A stretch of DNA of 64,000 bases from Longimicrobiales bacterium. Its GTDB lineage: Bacteria > Gemmatimonadota > Gemmatimonadetes > Longimicrobiales > Gaopeijiaceae. The stretch is taken from contig CBDCNQ010000001.1 of the NCBI GenBank assembly GCA_965219445.1, forward strand, positions 224,001 to 288,000, given 5' to 3'. Positions 41,499 to 50,577 of the stretch are shown one piece after another. The translations under genes were made by a program, and so were the position numbers. The stretch's first letter is position 1, and each line of letters opens with the position of its first letter. The notes beneath the pieces are model-generated. The model was not told the origin of the DNA and ran no database searches. It worked only from the letters and a program-made list of their open reading frames with translations.

Positions 41499-41814
41499 GC
41501 CTACCAGATTGCCCGCAGGCGCGTCTTTTTCTGACGTCATTCAGGTCGAACTCCAAGATGAATGATGTGATCAGCGCGAACCACACGCCGAGCCCGGTGA
41601 TGCCCGCCGCCAGAAGGACCATCGTAAAGTCCCGGCCAAGCTCGGAAAGTGGGTGGACCTCCTGGAAACCCACCGCGGTGAACGTGATCACCGTCATGTA
41701 TACGGCGTCCCGCCACGCCCAGCCCTGGATCACCACATAACCCAAGGCCCCAACGACGGTCAGAGCAACGAGATAGGCGATCGCACCCAAGAATCGGGGA
41801 ATGAATACGCGCAT
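41464..41814 (-). pseudogene. K+-channel pore module (2TM) lacking RCK domain; truncated or pore-only
   Basis: WRDAVYMTVITFTAVGFQEVHPLS..GR.FT; similarity appears to end after RKRR and the frame runs into the infA 3' end. Confidence 0.65.
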
Positions 41815-41912
41815 CGCTCGATGACTTCTCCAGGTGAAGCCGACTTCGGGCGAAAAGAACCCCTCTCCCACGGGAACCTAGGCAGGACGCGGGTTTTCGG
41901 CCAATAAGTCAC

Positions 41913-41941
41913 TTGACGCTCCGGTGGACGGGCCTTACCGT
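41913..41941 (+). promoter_or_regulatory. putative sigma70 promoter of HU gene
   Basis: TTGACG-17 bp-TACCGT. Confidence 0.5.
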
Positions 41942-42087
41942 TGTCTTGACGGATGCTTGCCGGAACCGATGCGGTCCGATGTTGGTCCGAATACGGTGCG
42001 TGAAGGGCCCGACACGCACGAGCTGGGACCGAAACGGAGGACGGCCGGCAGAGGCAAGAGGCATCACCCCCTTTTGAGGAGCAACAA

Positions 42088-42369
42088 ATGAACAAATCCG
42101 ATCTAGTAGACTCCCTTGCCGACAGCGCTGGCATGACCAAGGCCGATGCATCTCGGGCCCTTGACGCACTGTTCGGTTCCAGAGGTGTCATCGCTCGCGC
42201 TTTAAGGGCCGACCAGCGTGTGCAGATCACTGGCTTTGGGACGTTTGAAGCGAAACATCGCAAGGCTCGCATGGGCCGGAATCCTCGTACTGGCGCCACG
42301 ATTCACATCGCGGCGTCGAAGACTCCCGGGTTCCGGGCTGGTAAGGGCTTCAAGGACGCCATCCAGTAG
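42088..42369 (+). CDS. hup: HU DNA-binding protein
   Basis: MNKSDLV, GFGTF, RKARMGRNPRTG, PGFRAGK. Confidence 0.96.
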   Translation: MNKSDLVDSLADSAGMTKADASRALDALFGSRGVIARALRADQRVQITGFGTFEAKHRKARMGRNPRTGATIHIAASKTPGFRAGKGFKDAIQ

Positions 42370-42410
42370 AAAGATTGGGTGGGTAGTCCCCCGAGAAATT
42401 AGGATCGGAT

Positions 42411-42446
42411 AGAGGCCACGCCCTCGGGCGTGGCCTCTTCTTATTT
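42411..42446 (+). terminator. intrinsic terminator hairpin
   Basis: AGAGGCCACGCCC-TC-GGGCGTGGCCTCT followed by TCTTATTT, between convergent genes. Confidence 0.8.
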
Positions 42447-44021
42447 GTACCCTTTCCGGCTGCGCTGACCTCGCTGCGGTCGATTTTCTCCCGTCGTGGC
42501 CTCGCTGCCGCGGTCGTAGTCCACTCTCGCACTCCGGCCTCGGATGCTCGAGCCGTTCACGGCCTTGATGACCCTCTCTGCGTCGGAGGGACGGACCTCT
42601 ACCAGGGAGTATGTATCACGTATTTCGATCTTTCCGAACGAGGAGCCGTCCACCCCCGACTCTCCGGCGAGCGCGCCAAGCAGGTCGCGGGGCTTCACAC
42701 CGTCCATCTCACCGATGCTCACGAAGAGACGAGTCCAGCCGTCGGCTCGGGTCGCCTTTTCGGCACGGGCGGCCACGCTCGGGCGTGCGGCGGCATCGGC
42801 TGGTCGTGGAACGAGTAGCGCGAGAGCGGCCGCGGCGAGTTCCTGAGGGCTGAACCGCTCCAGCAGAGGCTCCAGGATCAGGTAGAGAGGGGCGAGATCC
42901 CCACGGGCGGCTGACTCTTCAAGGCGACTACGGATTTCGCCGATGCTGTCCTCGACCACCGACTCGGGTGGAGGTAGGGGTCGTACGCGGTAACCGGTGC
43001 GGCGGGCCGTGTCTCTGAAGTGGGGAACCTCACGGGGAAGCAGTAACACCGTGGCCTGTCCTCCGGCACCATGGCGGCGGTCCATCGTGTCCGCATCCGC
43101 GGGGCAGTCCAAGCTCACGGTGGCCACCTCGGTTGGAGAGGCGCTTTCGTTGAGAGCTTCTCGGGCCGAAAGGGCGTCCACTCCTAACCAGACGGGTGCC
43201 GTTTCATCCCCCGGAGCGCCCGCCATGAAGCCGTGAAGGGTCAGGTAGTCTCCTACGTCGGCCGCTCGGTCCGCGGAACGGCAGAACAGGAGCACATGGC
43301 GTGCGTCGTGGTCGAGAAGTTCGGAAACGAGCGGAGCCAACGCCTCCACTTTGTCCTCTCCGGTGATGCGGAAGCGTAGCTCCCCTCGTTCCGGTGGCTT
43401 CTCGGCTTTGCCCGCTATGGCTGGGGCGGCTGGTACACGGACCGCCTTCGCCACGTGTGTGTCCACTAGGGCCACGGTTGATTCACTCACCGGCTGGCTC
43501 AATACGACGCGCTGGGCCCCGGCATTCACATACTCGAACAAGGCTCCCAGGGTATCGAGGCCTGAAATGGTCTCGATCGCGCTGACACCATCCACAACCA
43601 AGACTTCGACCCCCTCCAGCGTGAGACTCGATCCATCGACCGCCGATTTCACTGCGCTTGGCGTCGCGAAGAGCACATCACATCGCTCGGGCAAGAGCCA
43701 CGCTCCACCCAATGCTCCCACCGAATGGCCAGTGGCGGCCGCGAGGCGTCCCAGTGACTCAGCGAGGCCGGTTGCAGCGGCGGCCGTCGGCACGAGAACG
43801 AGTGCTCCGGCCCGGCCGCCTTGGGAGTCTGTTCTCTCCAATATCGCCGTCCCATACGCCAACAGCGTTCCGGCTCCCGGGCCGACGGCCGCGAGGACGT
43901 TGTTGCCTCGCCGGAGGAGTGGGATCGCCGCCCGCTGGAACTCGGTGGGTTCCTCGAAGCCCTCGGCGGAAAGTGCCTCGGTCATCTCAGCGGGTAAACC
44001 GAGATCGTCGAAAGACTGCAT
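42441..44021 (-). CDS. degenerate DEAD-box helicase-like protein with DbpA-type RNA-binding domain
   Basis: Q motif GFEEPTEFQ kept; motifs I, II and VI degenerate; C-terminal RLFVSIG..DGVKPRDLLGAL..GKIEIRDTYSLVEV. Confidence 0.85.
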   Translation of the reverse strand: MQSFDDLGLPAEMTEALSAEGFEEPTEFQRAAIPLLRRGNNVLAAVGPGAGTLLAYGTAILERTDSQGGRAGALVLVPTAAAATGLAESLGRLAAATGHSVGALGGAWLLPERCDVLFATPSAVKSAVDGSSLTLEGVEVLVVDGVSAIETISGLDTLGALFEYVNAGAQRVVLSQPVSESTVALVDTHVAKAVRVPAAPAIAGKAEKPPERGELRFRITGEDKVEALAPLVSELLDHDARHVLLFCRSADRAADVGDYLTLHGFMAGAPGDETAPVWLGVDALSAREALNESASPTEVATVSLDCPADADTMDRRHGAGGQATVLLLPREVPHFRDTARRTGYRVRPLPPPESVVEDSIGEIRSRLEESAARGDLAPLYLILEPLLERFSPQELAAAALALLVPRPADAAARPSVAARAEKATRADGWTRLFVSIGEMDGVKPRDLLGALAGESGVDGSSFGKIEIRDTYSLVEVRPSDAERVIKAVNGSSIRGRSARVDYDRGSEATTGENRPQRGQRSRKGYK

Positions 44022-44323
44022 CACGAAGGGTCCCCGGAGCCTCGTCCGCCGGTATCTCCCGGCTCGTAGGGAAGCTCTGCGAGGAACTTCTGGATTTCGT
44101 AGTCGAGACGTGAGGTCCGGAGCCGGTCGCTGGAGGCCACAACGTTCGTGTACGGACCATGCCGGTGTGCGTTGAGGGTCACCGTGCCTTCCTCGCCCGA
44201 GAAGGTTGCCCCGTGGGATGAACTCTTTGTTCTGGTCAGGCCAATCCACTCAGGAAGCAACTCTTCCGCCTTCGATAGAATATCGGACGGGGAGAGGACA
44301 GTCTTTCTCTGATAGCCAGCCAT
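44021..44323 (-). CDS. hypothetical protein (100 aa)
   Basis: Fills the gap in an operon; TGATG coupling to the downstream gene. Confidence 0.7.
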   Translation of the reverse strand: MAGYQRKTVLSPSDILSKAEELLPEWIGLTRTKSSSHGATFSGEEGTVTLNAHRHGPYTNVVASSDRLRTSRLDYEIQKFLAELPYEPGDTGGRGSGDPS

Positions 44324-44347
44324 TCGGGTGATCTCTCGACTATTCGG

Positions 44348-44935
44348 CTATATGAGTCGTGCGTGCTCGAGGAAACGTCGAAGCTCGCCGATCGAACCGG
44401 GACCTTCAAGGCTCACGTCACTGGATCGGAGGGTCGGCGCCCGCTGTATCCCTGCCGCTTCCGCCTCCCTTCGAAGATCCGCGACATGATCCCGATGTTT
44501 ATCGACATCGAGGACTGCTTTCGATTCGCTCCGGTCGAGCCCGACCTTCTCTGCGGCTGCGATCAAGACATCGACGCGCCCGATGTCGGCTCCCTCCTGG
44601 AAACGGGCCGAGAAAATCTCCTTATGCATCGGCGACCCCAGCCCCTGTTCTACGGCGTGCAGGCGTAGTTCGTGTGCCTTCTGGCTCCAGGGAACGAAGC
44701 TGGGAAGAACCATCCGGATCTCGGCCTTCCGCGCGAGGCCCTCCACGGTCTCTCCGTACGCGTTCCAATCCGGGTCCATGCCGTCGATGAGCTCCTGTGG
44801 CACCGGGCGCACTTCGAATGGGTGGAGAGTGGGTTCGACTCCGACGGGAAGGAGTTGGTCCAGCTGCCGGTGCATCAGGTATGATCCCGGGTCGACATAA
44901 TCGAAATAGAAGACGAGGAAGGGAGCGTCGTTCAT
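44348..44935 (-). CDS. DsbA/FrnE-like thioredoxin-fold protein without CxxC
   Basis: FYFDYVDPGSY, PFEVRP, EGADIGRVDVL..AEKVGLD, GIQRAPT. Confidence 0.8.
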   Translation of the reverse strand: MNDAPFLVFYFDYVDPGSYLMHRQLDQLLPVGVEPTLHPFEVRPVPQELIDGMDPDWNAYGETVEGLARKAEIRMVLPSFVPWSQKAHELRLHAVEQGLGSPMHKEIFSARFQEGADIGRVDVLIAAAEKVGLDRSESKAVLDVDKHRDHVADLRREAEAAGIQRAPTLRSSDVSLEGPGSIGELRRFLEHARLI

Positions 44936-45042
44936 TCGCGGAAACTGCTCTCCACACTCCCTCCGATCAACCTTGCGGATCATGATCCAGGAAACGTCCG
45001 GGCTTACTTGATCCGGGTTCTAGGTGATTCGATATTCCCAGC

Positions 45043-46251
45043 ATGGACTACAGCCCAAACATCTCCCGACTCGAAGAATCAGCCACGATGGCGGTCAGTA
45101 CCCTTGCCAGGCGTCTCCGGGCGGAGGGCCGCGATGTCATAGACTTGAGTGCCGGTGAGCCGGACTTCGGCACGCCCGATTGGATCTCCGAGGGCGCCAT
45201 CGAGGGGATACGATCCGGCTCGACCAGGTACACGCCGGTGTCGGGCATGCCGGAGCTGAGACGGGCGATCGCCGGGTACCTGGAATCGGTCGGAGGCAAG
45301 CCCGTGGACTGGGAGGGTGTGGTCGTAGCGGCGGGTGCGAAGCAGTCATTATTCAACGCCTCTTTCACGCTCTTTGGTCCAGGCGACGAGGTGCTCGTGG
45401 GCGCACCCTACTGGACGAGTTATCCCCAAATGGTCGTTCTGGCTCGAGCCGAGCCGGTGGCGGTGGCGGGCGATCCGAGCCGAAATTTCCTCCTTACCCG
45501 AGCGGATCTGGACGCCGCGTGTACGGAGCGGACCCGGGGGCTGATTCTGTGCTCTCCGTCCAATCCGACCGGGGCGGTATATGCCCTCGAGGAGCTACGG
45601 GAGATCGCCGAGTGGGCTAAGGAGAAGGACATCGTCCTCATCGCCGACGAGATCTATCGTGAGATCTACTTTGGGGACGACCGGCCGAGTGCGCCCAGCA
45701 TCCTCCAGTTACCGGAGGAGGCCTTGGGTCCGTACGTCCTGATCGATGGGGCGTCCAAGTCTTTTGCGATGACGGGATGGCGCATCGGGTTCTCGTACAC
45801 CGAAGTGGCGCTCGCCAAGAAGTTGGGGGCCCTTCAGAGTCATGCCACCTCGAACCCTGCGACACCCTCGCAGATGGCGGCGCTGAGTGCATTCTCAGAT
45901 CCGGCGCGGGCGCGGGAGGCCACTCAGGGGATGGCCGCCACGTTTCGTGGGCGGAGGGACCGGGTCGTCGTTCTCCTCAACGAGCTGTTGCCGCAGCTCT
46001 CGTTCGTGGAGCCGATGGGTGCGTTCTATTTCTTCATTCGGGTGGATTCTCTGTTCCGGGATGATGTCTCCGACTCCACGGCGGTGTGTTCGTGGCTTCT
46101 GGAGGAGTGCGGCGTCGCCATGGTCCCTGGTGTGGCGTTTGGTGACGATCGTTTCGTCCGCGTCAGCTTCGCCACGTCGGACGAATTGATGGAGAGCGCG
46201 ATCAGGCGGTTGGCGGAGGTGGTCGGCAGTCCCGCTTCTAAAACACGATAG
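45043..46251 (+). CDS. aspartate aminotransferase-like (class I)
   Basis: AGEPDF, GAKQ, SPSNPTG, DEIY, SKSFAMTGWRIG. Confidence 0.93.
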   Translation: MDYSPNISRLEESATMAVSTLARRLRAEGRDVIDLSAGEPDFGTPDWISEGAIEGIRSGSTRYTPVSGMPELRRAIAGYLESVGGKPVDWEGVVVAAGAKQSLFNASFTLFGPGDEVLVGAPYWTSYPQMVVLARAEPVAVAGDPSRNFLLTRADLDAACTERTRGLILCSPSNPTGAVYALEELREIAEWAKEKDIVLIADEIYREIYFGDDRPSAPSILQLPEEALGPYVLIDGASKSFAMTGWRIGFSYTEVALAKKLGALQSHATSNPATPSQMAALSAFSDPARAREATQGMAATFRGRRDRVVVLLNELLPQLSFVEPMGAFYFFIRVDSLFRDDVSDSTAVCSWLLEECGVAMVPGVAFGDDRFVRVSFATSDELMESAIRRLAEVVGSPASKTR

Positions 46252-46257
46252 AGCCAC

Positions 46258-47181
46258 TCATCCGGAGCGCAGGGCACTCCGCAGGGCCCCCTCCGCCCCG
46301 TTCACGTAGGAGCCCCCAAAGAGGTTTACGTGCACCAACAGGGGGTACAGCTGGTACACGTGTCGGCGCAGCTCTTCGTATCCGTCCGTAAGCGGTCGAC
46401 GGTCTTCATAGGCGGCGTAGAAGGCTTCCGGAAAACCTCCGAAGAGCTCCGTCATGGCCAGATCGACCTCCCGGTGGCCCCGATACACCGCCGGGTCGAC
46501 CAGGACCGGCCTCCCGTCAGGACCCGGGTACACGTTTCCGCTCCAGAGGTCACCGTGGAGGATGGAGCGCCCGTCTTCAACCGCGCCCCCGAGCAACGTG
46601 GGGAGCTTCGACTCGAGCGCCGCCCACTGCCGGTCCAGGCCGGGCGGCCGCCCGTTGTCCTTGGCTAACGCCAACTGCGGCTCGAGGCGCTCAGTCCACC
46701 AGAACGCAGGCCAGTCATACATGGTCGTGTTCGCTTGAGGGAGCGATCCGATGTAGTTGGCACGATGCCAGCCGTACGGGCCCTCGCGAGCTTCGTGAAG
46801 GGCCGCCAGACCCCCGCCGAGGTGCTCCGCGTAATCCGCCGCTGGGCTTCCTTGCGGAACGTACTCGAGAAGCAACCAGGCAGGATTCTCCCCGGCATCG
46901 GAGGTGCCCATGACCTCCGGGACGGTCAGGCCGGTCGATTCGCCGAGGGCACCCAGGCCGTCGGCTTCCGCCGCAAAGACGTCCGACACGGCGCCCTGTG
47001 CCCATTTGAGAAAAAAATCCTCCCGCAGGTTGGTCGACAGGCGTGCGGTCTGGTGGATACACCCCCCGGTCACTGGGGCCATTTCGAGGATCTCCACGCT
47101 CCGTGCCACACGGCTAGACAGAGCGGCTTCCACGCCCTCCTTCAGGGCGCTTGGGAGCGTCCCGGGGGACCCGGCCTTCAA
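46258..47181 (-). CDS. fructosamine/ketosamine-3-kinase family protein
   Basis: GGCIH, FFLK, LHGDLWSGN, DPAVYRGHREVDLAMTELFGGF, LVHVNLFG; TTG start overlaps the upstream stop. Confidence 0.92.
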   Translation of the reverse strand: MKAGSPGTLPSALKEGVEAALSSRVARSVEILEMAPVTGGCIHQTARLSTNLREDFFLKWAQGAVSDVFAAEADGLGALGESTGLTVPEVMGTSDAGENPAWLLLEYVPQGSPAADYAEHLGGGLAALHEAREGPYGWHRANYIGSLPQANTTMYDWPAFWWTERLEPQLALAKDNGRPPGLDRQWAALESKLPTLLGGAVEDGRSILHGDLWSGNVYPGPDGRPVLVDPAVYRGHREVDLAMTELFGGFPEAFYAAYEDRRPLTDGYEELRRHVYQLYPLLVHVNLFGGSYVNGAEGALRSALRSG

Positions 47182-47672
47182 CTCGAGAGCTCGGAGAGCA
47201 GATGCTCGACGAACGCGGCGCAGGTTCGATCGATCATTTCGAACATCAGATCGAATCCGTCGGCACCCCCGTAGTAGGGATCCGGCACATCGAGGTCCCC
47301 ATCCCGATGGGGGTCGAACTCTCTGAAGAGGGTGAGTAGAGCGCCTCCGTCCCCCTCGGACTCCAGGTGGCGAAGGTCCCGAAGATTGCTTCGATCCATG
47401 GCAAAGATATAGTCGAACTCGTGGAAGTCCTCGGCGTGTACACACCGGGCTCGCCCCCGGAGTGAGATCCCGTGCCGCATCGCGACCTCGGTGGAGCGTG
47501 GGTCGGGAGGCTCTCCCTGGTGCCACGTCCCCGTCCCGGCTGAATCCACACGGACCCGGTCAGAGAGACCGGCCTCTTCCAAACGGTGCGCCAAAACCCC
47601 CTCTCCCAAAGGAGAACGACAGATGTTGCCCAGGCATACGAAAAGAATTGAGACGTCGTGTTTGGCCGTCAT
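47178..47672 (-). CDS. low-molecular-weight protein tyrosine phosphatase
   Basis: FVCLGNICRS, DSAGT, DVPDPYYG. Confidence 0.95.
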   Translation of the reverse strand: MTAKHDVSILFVCLGNICRSPLGEGVLAHRLEEAGLSDRVRVDSAGTGTWHQGEPPDPRSTEVAMRHGISLRGRARCVHAEDFHEFDYIFAMDRSNLRDLRHLESEGDGGALLTLFREFDPHRDGDLDVPDPYYGGADGFDLMFEMIDRTCAAFVEHLLSELSS

Positions 47673-47817
47673 GTCTCAGACTCTCGAGGAGGGTGCGACC
47701 CTTGAACGTTTTGAATCCTGGGGCGTACTCCTAAACTTATAGGCCAATCCAAGGCCGGTCGCACGCTACGTCACCTCGATGCGTGATCACACGGGCTCCC
47801 CACGCGGAAAGAGCTGA

Positions 47818-49113
47818 GTGGTAGAAAAGAAAAAGGAACAGTCCCCCCAGCCTCAACCCTTCGAGCCTCAAACCTTCGAGGACTTGGGCGTGTCCGATGA
47901 GCTTCGTGCCTCCGTCGAGGCCATCGGTTGGGAGCATCCAACTCCGATCCAGATCAAGAGCATCCCCACCGGCCTCGCCGGGACTGATCTGGTGGGGATC
48001 GCCCAGACGGGAACCGGGAAAACCGGGGCCTTTATGCTTCCCGCCTTGGAGAGAATCGAAACGGGGGGTGGGCTACAGGTTCTGGTCTTGTGCCCCACGC
48101 GAGAATTGGCGCAGCAGGTCTGTGATGACACCGAATTGCTTGCCAAAGGCACGCGGATTCGGGCGGCCTCGATCTACGGGGGGGTAGGGTACGATCCCCA
48201 GCTGACCGCCCTCAAAGAGGGCTTTGAGGTCATCATTGCGACCCCGGGTCGGTTCCTCGACCACCTCGGGCGCGGCAGGGTCGACCTGAAGAAGGTGCGC
48301 ACCTTTGTGCTCGATGAGGCGGACCGGATGCTCGATATGGGGTTCCGCCCGCAGATCGAGGGCGTTTTGCGAGAGGTTCCCAAGACTCGGCAAACGATGC
48401 TGTTTTCGGCCACCATGCCCCATGGCGTGCATGATCTCGCTTCACGCATAACGAAGGATGCGGTGTGGGTCGAGGCCGCTCCGTCGGGAACCAAGGCTGA
48501 GGGAATTACGGAACTCGTGTACTCGGTCAAGCCCGAGATGAAGCCGGATCTCCTCCTCCACCTTCTGGAGGATCCCCTGTGGGAGCAGGTGCTCATCTTC
48601 ACTCGCACAAAAGCTGGGGCGGATGCACTGAAGAGCCGGCTGGACCGGGAGGGCATCCGAACCGAGGCACTGCACTCGAACCTACGCATGGTGCACAGAA
48701 CGAGGGCGTTGGAACGCTTCACGGAGAAGAAGGTCCGCGTTCTGGTAGCTACCGACATCGCTCAACGGGGCCTGGATGTCGAGGGGATCTCGCACGTGGT
48801 CAACTACGATGTACCGAAGGACCCCGAGGATTACACCCACCGCATCGGCCGGACGGCCAGGGCGGGCGCAGTCGGGACTGCCGTCACCTTCTTGGCCGCC
48901 GCCGACCTCGGAGCGTTCAAGTCACTGACATACCATATCGGGAGAGACCTGGAGCGCATCCACCTTCCAGACTTCGACTATGCCGGCGCACCACAGGCTG
49001 TGTCCAGCGTCTCTCCAACGAGGGGGCGGCATTCTCGCTCACCTACGGGTATGGGGTCTCGCGACGCCAACGACCTGAGCGACGAAGAGCTGGCCGATCT
49101 GCTGAAGCACTGA
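47818..49113 (+). CDS. DEAD-box RNA helicase (intact, RhlE-like)
   Basis: PTPIQ, AQTGTGKT, PTRELA, TPGR, DEAD, SAT, HRIGRTAR. Confidence 0.95.
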   Translation: MVEKKKEQSPQPQPFEPQTFEDLGVSDELRASVEAIGWEHPTPIQIKSIPTGLAGTDLVGIAQTGTGKTGAFMLPALERIETGGGLQVLVLCPTRELAQQVCDDTELLAKGTRIRAASIYGGVGYDPQLTALKEGFEVIIATPGRFLDHLGRGRVDLKKVRTFVLDEADRMLDMGFRPQIEGVLREVPKTRQTMLFSATMPHGVHDLASRITKDAVWVEAAPSGTKAEGITELVYSVKPEMKPDLLLHLLEDPLWEQVLIFTRTKAGADALKSRLDREGIRTEALHSNLRMVHRTRALERFTEKKVRVLVATDIAQRGLDVEGISHVVNYDVPKDPEDYTHRIGRTARAGAVGTAVTFLAAADLGAFKSLTYHIGRDLERIHLPDFDYAGAPQAVSSVSPTRGRHSRSPTGMGSRDANDLSDEELADLLKH

Positions 49114-49153
49114 TTCGTGGCATTACCCCGAACTCGTAACGGCGGGACTTGAG

Positions 49154-49561
49154 ATGATCCTACGTCGATACGGCACGAACATTCAAAGTGTCGAAACCCA
49201 CTTCGACTCCAAGGCCCTTACGGAGATCGGGTTTCGGCGAGATCGTGCTTTTTCTAGTCCAGCCGACGACTTCTTAGCACGCCACGAGCGGATTTCAGAA
49301 CACCTTCTGGAGGCCGAGTCCGAAGGGGATGTCCAGGACGAAGTCGAGTCGGTGATGCTCCAGCGATTGCTCGATATGCTCTTGAAACTCGACGCCGAAT
49401 TGAGTGATGACGAGTTCGTGGTCGTTGAGAGTGAGCAGGGCCAGGATTACCCGAAGACGCGTTCGCGACAGAAGAATGTGGTCGTGGACGGTGAGAATCG
49501 CCTCTACTTCTACTCCAGCGTGTCTCCGCCACTGAAGGTGGCCGTCTTTAGAGCCCGATAG
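49154..49561 (+). CDS. hypothetical protein
   Basis: 135 aa ORF, ATG start, co-oriented after the helicase, protein-like composition. Confidence 0.7.
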   Translation: MILRRYGTNIQSVETHFDSKALTEIGFRRDRAFSSPADDFLARHERISEHLLEAESEGDVQDEVESVMLQRLLDMLLKLDAELSDDEFVVVESEQGQDYPKTRSRQKNVVVDGENRLYFYSSVSPPLKVAVFRAR

Positions 49562-49617
49562 TGCGGACACCACACCAGACGCGCCTGAACCCGGTGGGCT
49601 CGTTGAGTCGACCGGGT

Positions 49618-50568
49618 TCATTCTTCGGGCGTGGTCGATTCGGCGGCGGGTCCGCATACACGGTTCCTTCCATCCGCCTTGGCCTGCAAGAGGGCCCGGT
49701 CTGCAAGAGCGAACAGCGAGTTCACCGATTCACCATGGTCGGGACAGCAGGCGAAGCCGGCCGACATCGTGACCTTCAGCTCGAAATCCAGGGGCGGACG
49801 GGCCTCCGAGACGATGTCGACGAGCCTCTGTGCCACGTGGTGAGCGACCTCCATGCTGGTCGCAGGCGCCAAGATCGCGAACTCCTCACCGCCGATCCGG
49901 AAGGGAGTGTCGGGCGATCGGGTATGCTCGGTCAGGAGCCGTCCGACCCAATGGAGGACGACGTCCCCCGTGTCGTGCCCGTAGGTATCATTGATAGCCT
50001 TGAAGCGGTCCAGGTCGGTGAGGATCAGTGAAAAGTTCTCGGAGTACCGAAGGGATCGTTCCACCTCTTCTCCGAGACGTTCCTCATAGGCACGCCGATT
50101 CAGTATGCCCGTCACGGCGTCGCGCATCGCGGTATCGCTCAGATCGCGGATGAGCTCATCGGCGCGCCCCATTTGAAGCGATAAGCTTTCGAAGATCTGG
50201 ATCGCCACCTCCGGCATCAGGGCGACGAGCTCATGAAAGGCGTTCTGCTCGAGCATGAGAAGACGAACGTCGTCCGAGGCCTCGATCCTGACCCTGCGGG
50301 GCTCGCCGTTCAGCAAGGCCCTATCACCGAAACACTCTCCTGGTCCGAGAAGGATCGGCGCCAGAGCGGCCGTGGCGGCCGGATCGACGATTCGAACGTG
50401 GCCTTCGAGCACCACGAAGAGCGGAGTCCCCGTGTCCATCTCGACGATGGTCTCGTCGGGAGAGAAGGACACCAGCCGGGTGTGAGCGGCAAGCCCGGCG
50501 AGGGCTTTGGGCGCAAGCCCCACAAAGAGTGGGACTCCACTGAGGTATCGGATTCCATCCATGCTCAT
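49618..50568 (-). CDS. cNMP-binding domain + GGDEF diguanylate cyclase
   Basis: VPLFVGL, GECFGDRALL..PR; DLDRFKAINDTYGH..GD, RSPD I-site, GGEEF, AKADGRN. Confidence 0.92.
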   Translation of the reverse strand: MSMDGIRYLSGVPLFVGLAPKALAGLAAHTRLVSFSPDETIVEMDTGTPLFVVLEGHVRIVDPAATAALAPILLGPGECFGDRALLNGEPRRVRIEASDDVRLLMLEQNAFHELVALMPEVAIQIFESLSLQMGRADELIRDLSDTAMRDAVTGILNRRAYEERLGEEVERSLRYSENFSLILTDLDRFKAINDTYGHDTGDVVLHWVGRLLTEHTRSPDTPFRIGGEEFAILAPATSMEVAHHVAQRLVDIVSEARPPLDFELKVTMSAGFACCPDHGESVNSLFALADRALLQAKADGRNRVCGPAAESTTPEE

Positions 50569-50577
50569 CGCGCGCCT

